Positions 39,611 through 51,316 are shown, counted from the first letter of the stretch. The stretch: 64,000 nucleotides of DNA from Deltaproteobacteria bacterium TL4 (GCA_051382335.1 JBBCAX010000094.1:910-64909), one strand, 5' to 3'. Made by a program: numbers and translations. Notes: generated from the sequence alone by a model not told the origin.

Positions 39611-40330
39611 ATGTTTGTTTACCTCATCAAGTTAATTTTGCTGAAACTATGGATTATCATTAGTTCAGTGATTGTGTTTGTCATCGCGATTTTTAGACCG
39701 TTTAGCCCCAAGAATGGGTATCTCTATCGCCAAATCCTGGTCCCTCTCGCGCAGAAAATCATTGGTCTTGAGGTGGAGATACGAAATCAATATCGCATTT
39801 ATACAGAGCCCCAAGCCATCTTTGTTTGTAATCATCAAAGTAATCTGGACCTGTTTGTTTTCGGAACTGTTGTGAGTTCAGAGACAGTGGCCATTGCCAA
39901 AAAACAAGTGATGTGGGTTCCGCTGATAGGCCAGGTGTACTGGTTATCCGGGAATATCTTCCTCGACAGGAAAAACCCAAAATCCGCCCATCAACGCATG
40001 GACGAAGTCGAACAACAACTGAGGCGAAAACGGCTCTCACTTTGGGTTTTCCCAGAAGGAACACGCTCCAAAGATGGGAAACTTCGGGATTTTAAAAAGG
40101 GAGCGTTTCGTGTTGCCATCAACACTCAACTCCCGATCATTCCTGTAGTCGCAAGTTCGTACCGAGCGGATCTGAAACTCACTCGGGTGACGAGTGCCAA
40201 AATCATAGTTGATGTTTTGAACCCCATTGAAACCAAGGGAAAAACCCTGGAAGATTTGGATGAGGTTGTCAGAAATGTCCAAACTCAAATGCGTGAACGG
40301 ATCGAAGAATTGAATAAAGAAAAGATTTAG
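39611..40330 (+). CDS. plsC: 1-acyl-sn-glycerol-3-phosphate acyltransferase
   Basis: HxxxxD motif (NHQSNLDLFV) and FPEGTRS block. N-terminal TM. Confidence 0.8.
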   Translation: MFVYLIKLILLKLWIIISSVIVFVIAIFRPFSPKNGYLYRQILVPLAQKIIGLEVEIRNQYRIYTEPQAIFVCNHQSNLDLFVFGTVVSSETVAIAKKQVMWVPLIGQVYWLSGNIFLDRKNPKSAHQRMDEVEQQLRRKRLSLWVFPEGTRSKDGKLRDFKKGAFRVAINTQLPIIPVVASSYRADLKLTRVTSAKIIVDVLNPIETKGKTLEDLDEVVRNVQTQMRERIEELNKEKI

Positions 40331-40353
40331 CACTCATTCATGGACAGTGCTAT
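40327..40353. promoter_or_regulatory. CIRCE-like inverted repeat #1 (TTAGCACTC-N9-CAGTGCTAT); overlaps the plsC stop codon
   Basis: Matches the HrcA operator consensus TTAGCACTC-N9-GAGTGCTAA at 16 of 18 positions. Followed by a T-run. Confidence 0.55.
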
Positions 40354-40397
40354 TTTTTTCTTGATTTATGAAAGAAAGTGAGCTATTCATATGACTA

Positions 40398-40424
40398 TTA
40401 GCACTCGATTCGGTGGAATGCTAT
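40398..40424. promoter_or_regulatory. CIRCE element #2 (TTAGCACTC-N9-GAATGCTAT) upstream of groES
   Basis: Matches the CIRCE consensus at 16 of 18 positions. Lies about 58 bp upstream of the groES ATG, with the RBS AGGAGA between them. Confidence 0.65.
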
Positions 40425-40482
40425 CAAGCATTCATAGCAGAGCCGTGATTAATAGTAACCATTCTTTTATAAGGAGAATTCA

Positions 40483-40767
40483 ATGATTCGCCCATTACAA
40501 GACCGTATTTTAGTAAAGCGGATTGAAGCAGAACAGAAAACCGCAGGAGGGATTATTATTCCAGATTCTGCGAAAGAAAAACCTCAAGAAGGAAAAGTTG
40601 TTGCTGTAGGTAAAGGCAAGCGCCTGGAAAGTGGAGAACGTCAAACTCTGGACGTAAAAGTGAACGATCGTATTTTGTTCAGCAAATACGGAGGAACAGA
40701 AGTAAAAATTGATGGTGAGGAGTACTTGATTCTACGGGAAGACGATATCTTAGGCATAGTCGAGTAA
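40483..40767 (+). CDS. groES: Co-chaperonin GroES
   Basis: 94 aa; [43 protein letters not shown]. Confidence 0.95.
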   Translation: MIRPLQDRILVKRIEAEQKTAGGIIIPDSAKEKPQEGKVVAVGKGKRLESGERQTLDVKVNDRILFSKYGGTEVKIDGEEYLILREDDILGIVE

Positions 40768-40806
40768 AGTTGGGACCAAGAATTAAATCAAATATTTAGA
40801 AAATAA

Positions 40807-42474
<1,668 letters not shown>

Positions 42475-42504
42475 TCCTCTCAAGCCTCTTCATGCGCAGA
42501 TCAA

Positions 42505-42537
42505 GGAAGCGGTTTGGTTTTCCAACCGCTTCCTTTT
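42505..42537. terminator. Bidirectional intrinsic terminator (GGAAGCGGTT-loop-AACCGCTTCC + TTTTC) between groEL and the convergent Hpt gene
   Basis: Hairpin plus T-tract read directly. Confidence 0.6.
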
Positions 42538-42543
42538 CAGACC

Positions 42544-42897
42544 TTACCAGGTGTCCAATTTTTTAAGTAATTGCTGGTAGGCGTTTTCTAACGATTCAAA
42601 CAAGACCTCCAGTCCCTCGTGATTATTTTCTTCGGCTTGGTGCTGGATCCTCTCACTTATTTTCCTCAGGCGTTCAGCACCAATTTCAGCACAAGTTCCT
42701 TTCAACGTATGAGCCGCATACAGCAGGGATTCTGAGTCTTTGTCTGAAATCGACTTCTGGATCATCTTCATCAACGGTTCCGAATCCTCCACGAAGATCT
42801 CACCGAGTTGTTTTTGCAGCCTTTTGTCGAATTTTGCTAAAATTTCGGTGTTGAGATCACTGAGTTGCTCATAAAGTGTCTGCTCCATTTTACTCAT
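42544..42897 (-). CDS. Histidine phosphotransfer (Hpt) domain protein
   Basis: 117 aa; Hpt signature AAHTLKGTCAEIGAERL. Confidence 0.7.
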   Translation of the reverse strand: MSKMEQTLYEQLSDLNTEILAKFDKRLQKQLGEIFVEDSEPLMKMIQKSISDKDSESLLYAAHTLKGTCAEIGAERLRKISERIQHQAEENNHEGLEVLFESLENAYQQLLKKLDTW

Positions 42898-42915
42898 CCC
42901 ATGACTTAGGAATTA

Positions 42916-43293
42916 CTAAAGTAGTGTTTCCAATTCACTGATAAACTGATAAAGCTCATCGTACATTCTCAAGCATTCACAGGTGTTGGCGTGAAGTTGC
43001 TTGAACACCTCACTGTTAACGGTTCCGCGAGACTGTTGCTGGCTTTCAAAAAACTGTAAAATCGCATGATACACCGGATAAAAATGGTTGATGATTTCCT
43101 TTGTGACCTCCAGTCGTTTACGCGCCTCCTTTTTCCAACTGGGATCAAACGATGATTTTTGAAGTTTATGCTGTATCCATAACATCTCAGACCATCGCAT
43201 ACATCCGACGAGTCGATGAACCTCAATACTTTTTGACACATCACTGATCTTTCCAGCTTTTAGTGCTGCTATTAATTTTTCTTCTTGTACCAT
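42916..43293 (-). CDS. Hypothetical protein, possibly a degenerate Hpt-like four-helix bundle
   Basis: 125 aa, alpha-helical. VHRLVGCMRWSEML loosely resembles the Hpt H-x-x-K-G block. Lies 18 bp upstream of the Hpt gene. Confidence 0.35.
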   Translation of the reverse strand: MVQEEKLIAALKAGKISDVSKSIEVHRLVGCMRWSEMLWIQHKLQKSSFDPSWKKEARKRLEVTKEIINHFYPVYHAILQFFESQQQSRGTVNSEVFKQLHANTCECLRMYDELYQFISELETLL

Positions 43294-43586
43294 TTGAGAA
43301 CTCCGCGTGAATTACAATTTATTTAACCTCAAGTACTGGTAGAATGTTTCCAGTAGATCACCGTGTCATTTTCAGTAATGCTGTAAATGGGAACTGACAT
43401 AAAAAATTTATAATGTAAACTCATTTTTCCGAGATATTTTCCGGAGAGGGTTTTCGCGGGGTCAGGTTGGAATGATGTAAAAAATTAACAAGACGACTTG
43501 CAAGGATGTTCAAGTCCAAGTAAATTGCATACTTCAAAATAAATTGGATCTCATGACAACTTACATCACTTCCACTCAGAAGCCGC

Positions 43587-44195
43587 ATGTTTAAAAATAT
43601 TCAGCAATGGTTCACAAAGCAAGTGAGCCAGCAAACCGTTTATTATTTAAAATATATAACCAATGATCTTTTGAAAAAAAAAGAATATGCAGCCGCGGAA
43701 AAGACGCTGCGGCGGATTCTGGACGTTGCCCCTTCAGATCATGAAGTCTTATTTATCTTAAGTCAGGTTTTACGACGGCAAGGGAAAATAAAGGAAGGAT
43801 ATACTTATCTTAAACAAGTAACGTTAACCCCTCAGTATACGGACGAAATTATTCGTTTTGTGGAGGCTTTTCAACAACGGGGCGAGCTTGAAGACATGAA
43901 GCAAACCTTATATGAGGCGCTCAAGCAATGGCCCCAGGCCGTTGAGCTTCGCCTTTATTTAGCTCAGCGTCTTTTTGAAAATTCCAAGCTGAATGAAGCT
44001 GAAAATGAGCTTTATGAAGTATTAAAAATCGAGCCTCACCATTTGAAAGCGCATGAAGGTTTAACGTATTGTCATATCCACAGGGGGAATAAAAAGAAAG
44101 CCTTGCAACAAATTGAGTACATCCGCTCATTTAATTCTAGACTCGCCGATGATTTGATTTCCGCAGTCTATGAAAATGTTCAAAATTTTCAATAA
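43587..44195 (+). CDS. TPR repeat protein
   Basis: 202 aa with about four 34-residue TPR-like repeats (AEKTLRRILDVAP..., LYEALKQWPQAVE..., AENELYEVLKIEP...). Confidence 0.6.
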   Translation: MFKNIQQWFTKQVSQQTVYYLKYITNDLLKKKEYAAAEKTLRRILDVAPSDHEVLFILSQVLRRQGKIKEGYTYLKQVTLTPQYTDEIIRFVEAFQQRGELEDMKQTLYEALKQWPQAVELRLYLAQRLFENSKLNEAENELYEVLKIEPHHLKAHEGLTYCHIHRGNKKKALQQIEYIRSFNSRLADDLISAVYENVQNFQ

Positions 44196-44206
44196 GGAGA
44201 AGGTCA

Positions 44207-44497
44207 TTGAAAGGAAAACAAAAACGTTATTTAAAAGGGTTGGCTCACTCCATGAATCCGTTGGTCCGTATTGGAAAGCAAGGACTTTCCGAAGCGGTTT
44301 GTAAGCAGATCCAGCAGTGCTTACTGGAACATGAACTGATTAAAATCAAAGTGTTGGAATCTAGTCCGTTAGACCGAAAAGAGTGTGCGAAAGCGATTTC
44401 CGAACGGATTGAGGCTGAGGTCGTGCAGGTCATTGGGCATGTGATTGTTTTATACCAGGCGCACCCTGAAGAACCAACCCTTGTATTACCAGAATGA
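44207..44497 (+). CDS. yhbY: YhbY/CRS1 (CRM domain) ribosome-assembly RNA-binding protein
   Basis: 96 aa; KQKRYLKGLAHSMNPLVRIGKQGLSEAV...ELIKIKVL matches the YhbY family. Confidence 0.75.
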   Translation: MKGKQKRYLKGLAHSMNPLVRIGKQGLSEAVCKQIQQCLLEHELIKIKVLESSPLDRKECAKAISERIEAEVVQVIGHVIVLYQAHPEEPTLVLPE

Positions 44498-44542
44498 AAC
44501 CCACACATTCCCTGTTAATTTTCAGCATTGAGAAGCGAAACT

Positions 44543-46441
44543 ATGGATCAGACATTTTATATCACAACCCCAATTTATTATGTCAATAGTCATCCTCATA
44601 TTGGTCATGCTTATACCAGCATGGTTGCTGATACCTTACGTCGGTATCAGCAACTCTTTGGTAACGATACTTATTTTCTTACCGGAACCGATGAGCATGG
44701 ACAAAAAATTGCTGAATCCGCAGCACAAAAAGGAGTCTCGCCTCAGAAGTTTGTTGATGAAATGTCCCGGGAATTTAAAGACTTGTGGCCTCGCCTCCAT
44801 GTCCATTATGACCAGTTTATTCGAACTACGGAGGCCCACCATAAGGCCTGTGTGCAAAGGGTCTTGCAGCAAATTTACGATCAGGGCGAAATTTATCTCA
44901 AGGAATATGAAGGGTTATATTGTGTCGGCTGTGAACGATTTTTGGACGAAGGGGAATTAGTCGAAGGAAACTGCCCTGATCATCAGAAACCGCCACAACA
45001 TTACAAAGAAAAAAATTATTTTTTCAAAATGAGCGCCTACCAGGACTGGTTGATTGAAACGGTCGAGAATCAACCGGACCTGATTTATCCGGCAAAGTAT
45101 CGGAATGAGGTGCTGCGGTTTTTAAAAGATCCGCTACAGGATCTTTGTATTTCACGGCCTAAAAGTCGCCTGAGTTGGGGAATTGATCTGCCTTTTGATT
45201 CGGATTTTGTAACCTATGTCTGGTTTGACGCGTTATTAAATTACGTCAGCGCCTTAGGCTGGCCCGAGGACGATAAATTTCAAAAATTCTGGACTCATAC
45301 TCATCACTTGATTGGTAAAGATATTCTGAAAACTCATGCGATTTACTGGCCTTGTATGCTCAAAGCCGCAGGGATTCCCATTTTTCATAAATTGTTAGTC
45401 CATGGTCATTGGCTCAGCCAAAGCAGCAAAATGAGCAAGACGTTAGGGAACGTTGTGGACCCTTTGGCCATGATCGATAAGGTGGGGGTGGATGCCTTAC
45501 GTTATTTTCTACTTCGGGATATGAGTTTTGGCGAAGATTCCAATTTCGCGGAAAAACAGGTGGTCAACCGATACAATGCGGATCTTGCCAATAACATTGG
45601 CAACTTGATCAACCGCAGTATCAGCATGAGCCTTAAACCCTTTCAAAACCGTGTGCCTCCGTCCGGGCCAATCGGTGAATTGGAAAAAGAACTTCAACAA
45701 CGGTTTATTAACGGCATTGAACAGGTCAAAACTTACATCCTCGCTTATCAACCTCACCGTGCCCTGGAAGAAATAGAGTCCATGAGCAGTGCGGTCAACA
45801 AATACATTGATACCTCCGCGCCCTGGAAATTATTGAAGCAGGAAGGAGGACAGGAACGTTTGGGGACGGTGTTATATACCGCTTTGGATATGGCACGAAT
45901 TCTTGTAGACCTTTTATTTCCGGTAATGCCTGAAAAAATGCTGCTCGCACGAAAAGCCCTGGGACTCAACGCTGAGATTCCGTCTTTAACGAAACTGAAA
46001 CCTGGAGGTTTGCTTGAAGGCACCGAACTGCCTCCTCCTAGCCCTTTATTTCCCAAGATCAAACCCGTTGATGACGAACCGCTGGTTAAAGAATCAGAAC
46101 CTGCGTCAGCGCAAGCAATGATCACAATTGAGGAATTTGGCAGGATGAAGCTGCGGGTGGGGAAAATCATTCAATGCCAAAGGGTTCCGAAGTCTGACAA
46201 GTTGGTGCATTCCCAAGTTGACTTGGGGGAAGAAAGACCACGCTCCATTGTCTCCGGGATTGCCAAGTTCTATCAGCCCGAGGAGTTGGTTGGAAGAACG
46301 GTCATGGTTGTCAGTAACCTGATACCCGTTAAATTAAGGGGGGTCCTTTCCGAAGGCATGATTTTATGTACGGATGAGGGGACGCAACTTCAATTAGTTG
46401 AACCGCCTGAAAAGGTAAAACCTGGAACGAAAATTTGTTAA
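44543..46441 (+). CDS. metG: Methionine-tRNA ligase with C-terminal tRNA-binding (EMAP-like) domain
   Basis: HIGH motif (NSHPHIGHAYT); KMSKS (KMSKT); zinc knuckle CVGCERF...CPDH; C-terminal OB domain. Confidence 0.9.
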   Translation: MDQTFYITTPIYYVNSHPHIGHAYTSMVADTLRRYQQLFGNDTYFLTGTDEHGQKIAESAAQKGVSPQKFVDEMSREFKDLWPRLHVHYDQFIRTTEAHHKACVQRVLQQIYDQGEIYLKEYEGLYCVGCERFLDEGELVEGNCPDHQKPPQHYKEKNYFFKMSAYQDWLIETVENQPDLIYPAKYRNEVLRFLKDPLQDLCISRPKSRLSWGIDLPFDSDFVTYVWFDALLNYVSALGWPEDDKFQKFWTHTHHLIGKDILKTHAIYWPCMLKAAGIPIFHKLLVHGHWLSQSSKMSKTLGNVVDPLAMIDKVGVDALRYFLLRDMSFGEDSNFAEKQVVNRYNADLANNIGNLINRSISMSLKPFQNRVPPSGPIGELEKELQQRFINGIEQVKTYILAYQPHRALEEIESMSSAVNKYIDTSAPWKLLKQEGGQERLGTVLYTALDMARILVDLLFPVMPEKMLLARKALGLNAEIPSLTKLKPGGLLEGTELPPPSPLFPKIKPVDDEPLVKESEPASAQAMITIEEFGRMKLRVGKIIQCQRVPKSDKLVHSQVDLGEERPRSIVSGIAKFYQPEELVGRTVMVVSNLIPVKLRGVLSEGMILCTDEGTQLQLVEPPEKVKPGTKIC

Positions 46442-46506
46442 TTTGAAAATAATCTGCGTTTACGCACGACTGAATTGTTACAAGCAACATTACCAAAAAG
46501 GCAGTT

Positions 46507-47904
46507 ATGGGTTTTAAATTAAAAGAATATAGCGACATTTCTCCTGAACTGATTCAACGTTACAATCGCTCCGGTCCCCGTTATACCAGCTATCCAACGG
46601 TTCCTGTCTGGGATCAGGGGGAGAACTATAGTGAAGATTATATTCGATTTTTACAAAGAGAAGGTCCCTCCAAGGAACCGCTCTCTCTTTATATTCACAT
46701 TCCTTTTTGCAGTCGTCTCTGCACTTATTGCGGTTGTAATCAGTTCATTACAAAACGTCAGGATTTGGTTGAACAATACCTCAACACTTTGGATATCGAA
46801 CTCGCCGAGGTTGCCCAACAGATGGGGCAACGGAAAGCCATTCAGCAGCTTCATTTGGGAGGAGGAACACCAACCCACCTGAACGTGGACCAACTCAAAC
46901 GTTTGATGCGGATGATTCAAAGTCGCTTTGATCTGGCAACTGATGGCGAAATGGCGCTGGAAGCACATCCCCGAGTGACGACCAATGAACAGCTTCAAGT
47001 GCTCTATGACTTAGGCTTTCGACGTGTCAGTTTTGGCGTACAGGACGTGGATGCCAAAGTGCAGCATGCCATCAATCGGGATCAAACGTTGGCGCAAACT
47101 CAACGGACCTTTTATTTTGCCCGTGAATTAGGCTATCAAAGCATCAACATCGATTTGGTTTATGGCCTGCCGTTTCAAACTCAAAAAACGTTTCAAAAAA
47201 CGATGGAAGAAGTCCAGCGAATGCATCCTGATCGCCTGGCCATTTACAATTTCGCGTATATTCCCAATATGTTTAAAACTCATAAGCGGGCCATCCGGGA
47301 ATCAGATCTTCCGACTCCGGAAGAAAAAGTTGTAATTTATATTGATATGATTAAATTTTTCACGACGGCTGGATACGAAATGATTGGCATGGATCATTAT
47401 GCGGAGTCCCATGATGAACTTGCGATTGCTTCCAAAAATCACACCTTGCATCGTAACTTTATGGGCTACACAACGCTCAAAGGTTTAACTCAAATTGGCA
47501 TTGGGGTGTCCTCCATTTCTGATTTCGGTGATGGCTACTTTCAGAATCAAAAGGACTTGATAGAGTATATGGACGCCTTCAAAAAGGGTTCTTTTTCCAT
47601 CATTAGAAGAAAATGTTTAAGTCCCGATGATTCGCTAAGGCGCGAAATTATAGAAACCTTGATGTGTCATTACCACCTTCCCCTCCCTCACTTTGAAAAA
47701 AAATATCAAATCGAGTTCAAAGCTTATTTCAAAGAAGAATGGAAACAAATGGAGTATTTTGAAGAAGAAGGTTTGGTACAATTGGAGGCTGAGGCCCTTC
47801 ACCTAACAAAATTAGGCGTTCTTTTCATGAGAAATGTGGCCATGCCCTTTGACCAATATCTCAAGGATGAGTCTCGAACCTTTAATTTTTCCAAGACGGT
47901 TTAA
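46507..47904 (+). CDS. hemN: Oxygen-independent coproporphyrinogen III oxidase (radical SAM)
   Basis: 465 aa; CxxxCxxC (CSRLCTYCGC); GGGTPT motif; HemN C-terminal domain. Confidence 0.85.
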   Translation: MGFKLKEYSDISPELIQRYNRSGPRYTSYPTVPVWDQGENYSEDYIRFLQREGPSKEPLSLYIHIPFCSRLCTYCGCNQFITKRQDLVEQYLNTLDIELAEVAQQMGQRKAIQQLHLGGGTPTHLNVDQLKRLMRMIQSRFDLATDGEMALEAHPRVTTNEQLQVLYDLGFRRVSFGVQDVDAKVQHAINRDQTLAQTQRTFYFARELGYQSINIDLVYGLPFQTQKTFQKTMEEVQRMHPDRLAIYNFAYIPNMFKTHKRAIRESDLPTPEEKVVIYIDMIKFFTTAGYEMIGMDHYAESHDELAIASKNHTLHRNFMGYTTLKGLTQIGIGVSSISDFGDGYFQNQKDLIEYMDAFKKGSFSIIRRKCLSPDDSLRREIIETLMCHYHLPLPHFEKKYQIEFKAYFKEEWKQMEYFEEEGLVQLEAEALHLTKLGVLFMRNVAMPFDQYLKDESRTFNFSKTV

Positions 47905-48035
47905 ACCAACCTTCCAAACCATTAAGCTCTTGATTTGTCTCAGGAGCGTGAGTTGAAACTATGGAAGTTCTAAAAAACTCCTTGGACAATCCATTAAGTT
48001 TGTGTATATAAAAATCAAGATCATAAACATAGGGA

Positions 48036-48419
48036 ATGTTGAAAGGAAAAATGTCTGGAACAATACTTTTTGTCGATGACTTGGCAACGCAACGAGCCGC
48101 GGCAAGCTTTACCTTAACTAGTGCGGGGTATAACGTTATTTCCGCGGAAAATGGTCAGGATGCTCTTGCGAAGTTAGAAAATGCCGGTGAAATCCAGTTG
48201 ATTATCACTGATTTGACGATGCCGATCATTGACGGGGTTTCTTTGTTGAAAATGCTCAAACAGGATCCCGTGCATCGACAGATACCCATTCTGATGCTGT
48301 TACAGGAATCCCAAATTTCTCAAAAGGAACAGTTACGAGCCGCTGGTGCGGTGGGTTGGATTCTGAAGCCTTTCCAACCGGAACAGCTTTGTACCGTAGT
48401 GAGTAAACTGGTTCCTTAA
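48036..48419 (+). CDS. Single-domain CheY-like response regulator
   Basis: ILFVDD...DLTMPIIDG...K receiver signature. No output domain. Confidence 0.8.
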   Translation: MLKGKMSGTILFVDDLATQRAAASFTLTSAGYNVISAENGQDALAKLENAGEIQLIITDLTMPIIDGVSLLKMLKQDPVHRQIPILMLLQESQISQKEQLRAAGAVGWILKPFQPEQLCTVVSKLVP

Positions 48420-48444
48420 GCCCAATACCCGTGAATGAAATCAT

Positions 48445-48516
48445 GTTCGTAGTTCCGCCTTTAGGCGGGGTAAGCCTTGCAGAAAAGCCGCCTAAAGGCG
48501 GAACTACGAACTTTTT
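48445..48516 (+). terminator. Perfect 24 bp stem / 19 nt loop hairpin followed by TTTTT, 25 bp after the response-regulator stop
   Basis: GTTCGTAGTTCCGCCTTTAGGCGG...CCGCCTAAAGGCGGAACTACGAAC+TTTTT read directly. The stem is far longer than a normal intrinsic terminator. Confidence 0.55.
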
Positions 48517-48553
48517 ACAATGACTTCAGACAATCATCATCGAATACGGTGTC

Positions 48554-49657
48554 ATGAAAGCCCCTCACAAAAAAGAAAAACCCTTTAGATTATTGATGAC
48601 CGGTGGAGGCTCTGGTGGTCCCACAACGCCGTTACTTGCGGTTTATGACGCTCTGGGTGAGTGTTTGGGAAGCGAGGGGCGGGAAGGTTTGTTTTTAGGC
48701 ACAAAAACTGGCCCGGAACGGGGTATGGTCGAAAGAGCTCACATCCCGTTTGTGTCCATTCCCTCTGGGAAATTGCGACGCTACTGGAGTTGGCGAAACT
48801 TTGTGGATCCCGTTTCTATTTTCCTCGGTTTTTGGATCAGCCTTAAAATTTTGTGGCAATTTCGACCTCATGTGGTGGTTTCTGCGGGTAGCTTTGTCAG
48901 TGTCCCTGTCGCGTATGCCTCATGGTTACTACGAATTCCGCATGTGATTTTACAGATGGATGTCAAACCGGGTTTGGCTAATCGCCTGATGGCGCCTGTC
49001 AGTTCTATTTTGGTCTATTTGTTTGATAAAAGCGCCGAGTCTTTTCAAATCAAATCAAAAATAAAAATTGGTCCCGTTGTTCGTTCTGATATCCGAAAGG
49101 CCTCTGCTGAATCCGCGAACGAACGCTTCCAACTCAATCCCCATAAACCCGTCTTACTCATCACCGGAGGAGGGCAGGGAGCGCTTAAAATCAATCAGGC
49201 GGTAGAAAAACTATTGGATCATTGGCTCCCTCATTATCAAGTGGTTCATTTGACAGGCAAGGACTTGGCCGGAGTTCAAAAGGAGCACCCTGATTATCAT
49301 GCGCTTTCATTTATTCATGAGGGCATGGGCGACCTTTTAGCACGCTCGGATCTGGTGATTACGAGAGCCGGTTTAGGAATCATAGGAGAGTTGGCTTCCT
49401 TGGCCAAAGATACCATCCTGGTTCCAATTCCGGGCACGCACCAGGAAATAAATGGACGTTTGCTCACAGCTTCTCACGCGGCGATCGTCTTAGATCAGGA
49501 TGTGTTTTTCAATGATGGAAAAAACTGGTGGGATCAATTTATACGCTCCTATCAACCTGGGGTTATGGGAAACAACTTGAAAAAACTTCTCCCTTCAGGA
49601 GGAACTGAAGCGTTCGCGGAAATTTTGATTAAGGCTGGGGAGCACTCGGCAACCTGA
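48554..49657 (+). CDS. MurG-like glycosyltransferase (GT28 family)
   Basis: N-terminal G-rich loop LLMTGGGSGGPTTPLLAV and C-terminal GT-B domain (ITGGGQGA...). It diverges from canonical MurG, so its exact role is uncertain. Confidence 0.55.
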   Translation: MKAPHKKEKPFRLLMTGGGSGGPTTPLLAVYDALGECLGSEGREGLFLGTKTGPERGMVERAHIPFVSIPSGKLRRYWSWRNFVDPVSIFLGFWISLKILWQFRPHVVVSAGSFVSVPVAYASWLLRIPHVILQMDVKPGLANRLMAPVSSILVYLFDKSAESFQIKSKIKIGPVVRSDIRKASAESANERFQLNPHKPVLLITGGGQGALKINQAVEKLLDHWLPHYQVVHLTGKDLAGVQKEHPDYHALSFIHEGMGDLLARSDLVITRAGLGIIGELASLAKDTILVPIPGTHQEINGRLLTASHAAIVLDQDVFFNDGKNWWDQFIRSYQPGVMGNNLKKLLPSGGTEAFAEILIKAGEHSAT

Positions 49658-51251
49658 ATTTAAAGGTACTGCCCTTGCCTTGTTCGCTTTCGGTCCAAAG
49701 GGTTCCATTGTTTTTTTCGAGCAGCTCTTTACATAATAAAAGTCCCAAGCCTGTTCCAGACTCATCGGCTGTGCCTCGAGTGGTATGGGGAACATCGATT
49801 CTAAAAAGCTGGTCCACCTGCTCCTGACTCATGCCTTTGCCATTGTCGGACACCGCGACAATCACCTCGTTGTCATTGCTTTCTGAAGTTACTATAATTT
49901 GACCTCCTTTTTCGGTAAATTTGATCGCGTTTGAAATCAGGTTTCGTAAGACGCCGTGGATCATATTTTCATCGGCGTAGGCAAATAAGGGTTGCTTAAC
50001 CTGAGAAAGCAACCTAATGTTTTTAGACTGCGCATTGACCTCAAACAAGAGAACATTTTCCTCCACAATTTTTTTTAGGCTAAGGGAACTGGGTTCACAT
50101 TTGATCCGGCCTGTGTGAATTCTGGACCATTCGAGCATATTTTCCAATAAGCTATGAAGTCTTTTGGCCGCTTGGTTGATATTGTAAGCGGAACGTTGAA
50201 TTTTCTGTGGAGAATAGGTGTGGGCTTTAGATTCCAGCAACTCGGAAAATCCAATCAAGCCCGTGAGTGGTGTTCTCAGATCATGAGAAACAATGGAAAA
50301 AAACTTGTCTTTATCCGCATTTAATTTTTCAAGTTCATAGGTGAATTTTTCCAACTGTTCTTCAGCATTTTTACGTTCCGTAATATCCGTGATGAAGCCT
50401 TCAATAAATTTAAGTTTTCCCTTTGAGTCAAAATAACCGTTTCCTTTATCAAGAACCCATTTTTCTTTATCCTTTGCCAAAATTCGATAAATTATTTCAA
50501 ACGATTCTTTCGTTTGCACCGCTTTTAAAATTTTTTCTGCTAAAAGAGCTTTATCCTCTGGATGAACCATACTGACAAAAGAACAATGAGACATTCCCAG
50601 CATTTCTTCCGCACTATAACCTGTTAACGCTTTTCCACCATCGCTAATATAGTCCATCGTCCATTCTTCGTCGTTCTGTCGTCTATATACCATTCCGGGC
50701 AAGTTGCTCATCAAATTAAGCAGGGCTCTTCTATTTTCCTGTAACGCATCATCCACTTGTCGGCGGGCGAAGACTTCCAGTTCCAGATTTTCGTTTAAAT
50801 GCTTTAAGTTTTCCGCATATTGATGCAGTTCCTGTCGAAGGCGGCGTTTCTCCAAGGCGTTTTCAACAGAAAATAAAAACTGAAGGGGGGATTGTAAGGG
50901 TTTGTTCAAGAAGTCAGATATTTGATATTGTTTCAGGAGGTTGTAAGCTTCAGATAAATCCTCATGGCCTGTCAGGAGGATCAAATCGGTATTTTGATCC
51001 TCTTTACGAATCTCTTTAATGAGTTCCTCTCCATCCATCCGCAGCATCTTTAAAGCAAGGACGATTACGTCATAAGGATTCAAAGCTCGGGCAATTTGCC
51101 ACTTCTCGAACGCCTCTTTCCCATCAACGGCTTCATCTATTTGATGAGACGTCTTTTTACTTAAAATTTTAATCAAAGTGCTTCGAACATTAGGTTCATC
51201 ATCGGCAATCAGGATATGAGATGATTTTGCTTCTGAATAGAGATTACTCAT
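49629..51251 (-). CDS. Hybrid REC-PAS-HisKA-HATPase_c signalling protein
   Basis: N-terminal receiver (ILIADDEPN...DVIVLALKMLRMDGEE); PAS; H-box IVSHDLRTPLTGLIGF; G-boxes DNGKGM and GTGLGLLL. Confidence 0.85.
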   Translation of the reverse strand: MSNLYSEAKSSHILIADDEPNVRSTLIKILSKKTSHQIDEAVDGKEAFEKWQIARALNPYDVIVLALKMLRMDGEELIKEIRKEDQNTDLILLTGHEDLSEAYNLLKQYQISDFLNKPLQSPLQFLFSVENALEKRRLRQELHQYAENLKHLNENLELEVFARRQVDDALQENRRALLNLMSNLPGMVYRRQNDEEWTMDYISDGGKALTGYSAEEMLGMSHCSFVSMVHPEDKALLAEKILKAVQTKESFEIIYRILAKDKEKWVLDKGNGYFDSKGKLKFIEGFITDITERKNAEEQLEKFTYELEKLNADKDKFFSIVSHDLRTPLTGLIGFSELLESKAHTYSPQKIQRSAYNINQAAKRLHSLLENMLEWSRIHTGRIKCEPSSLSLKKIVEENVLLFEVNAQSKNIRLLSQVKQPLFAYADENMIHGVLRNLISNAIKFTEKGGQIIVTSESNDNEVIVAVSDNGKGMSQEQVDQLFRIDVPHTTRGTADESGTGLGLLLCKELLEKNNGTLWTESEQGKGSTFKFRLPSAPQP

Positions 51252-51316
51252 AGGATGACTCTGTTACTGTTACCTGATAAGGCCACGACTCCGTTTCCGC
51301 GAATATAGGGACCTTT

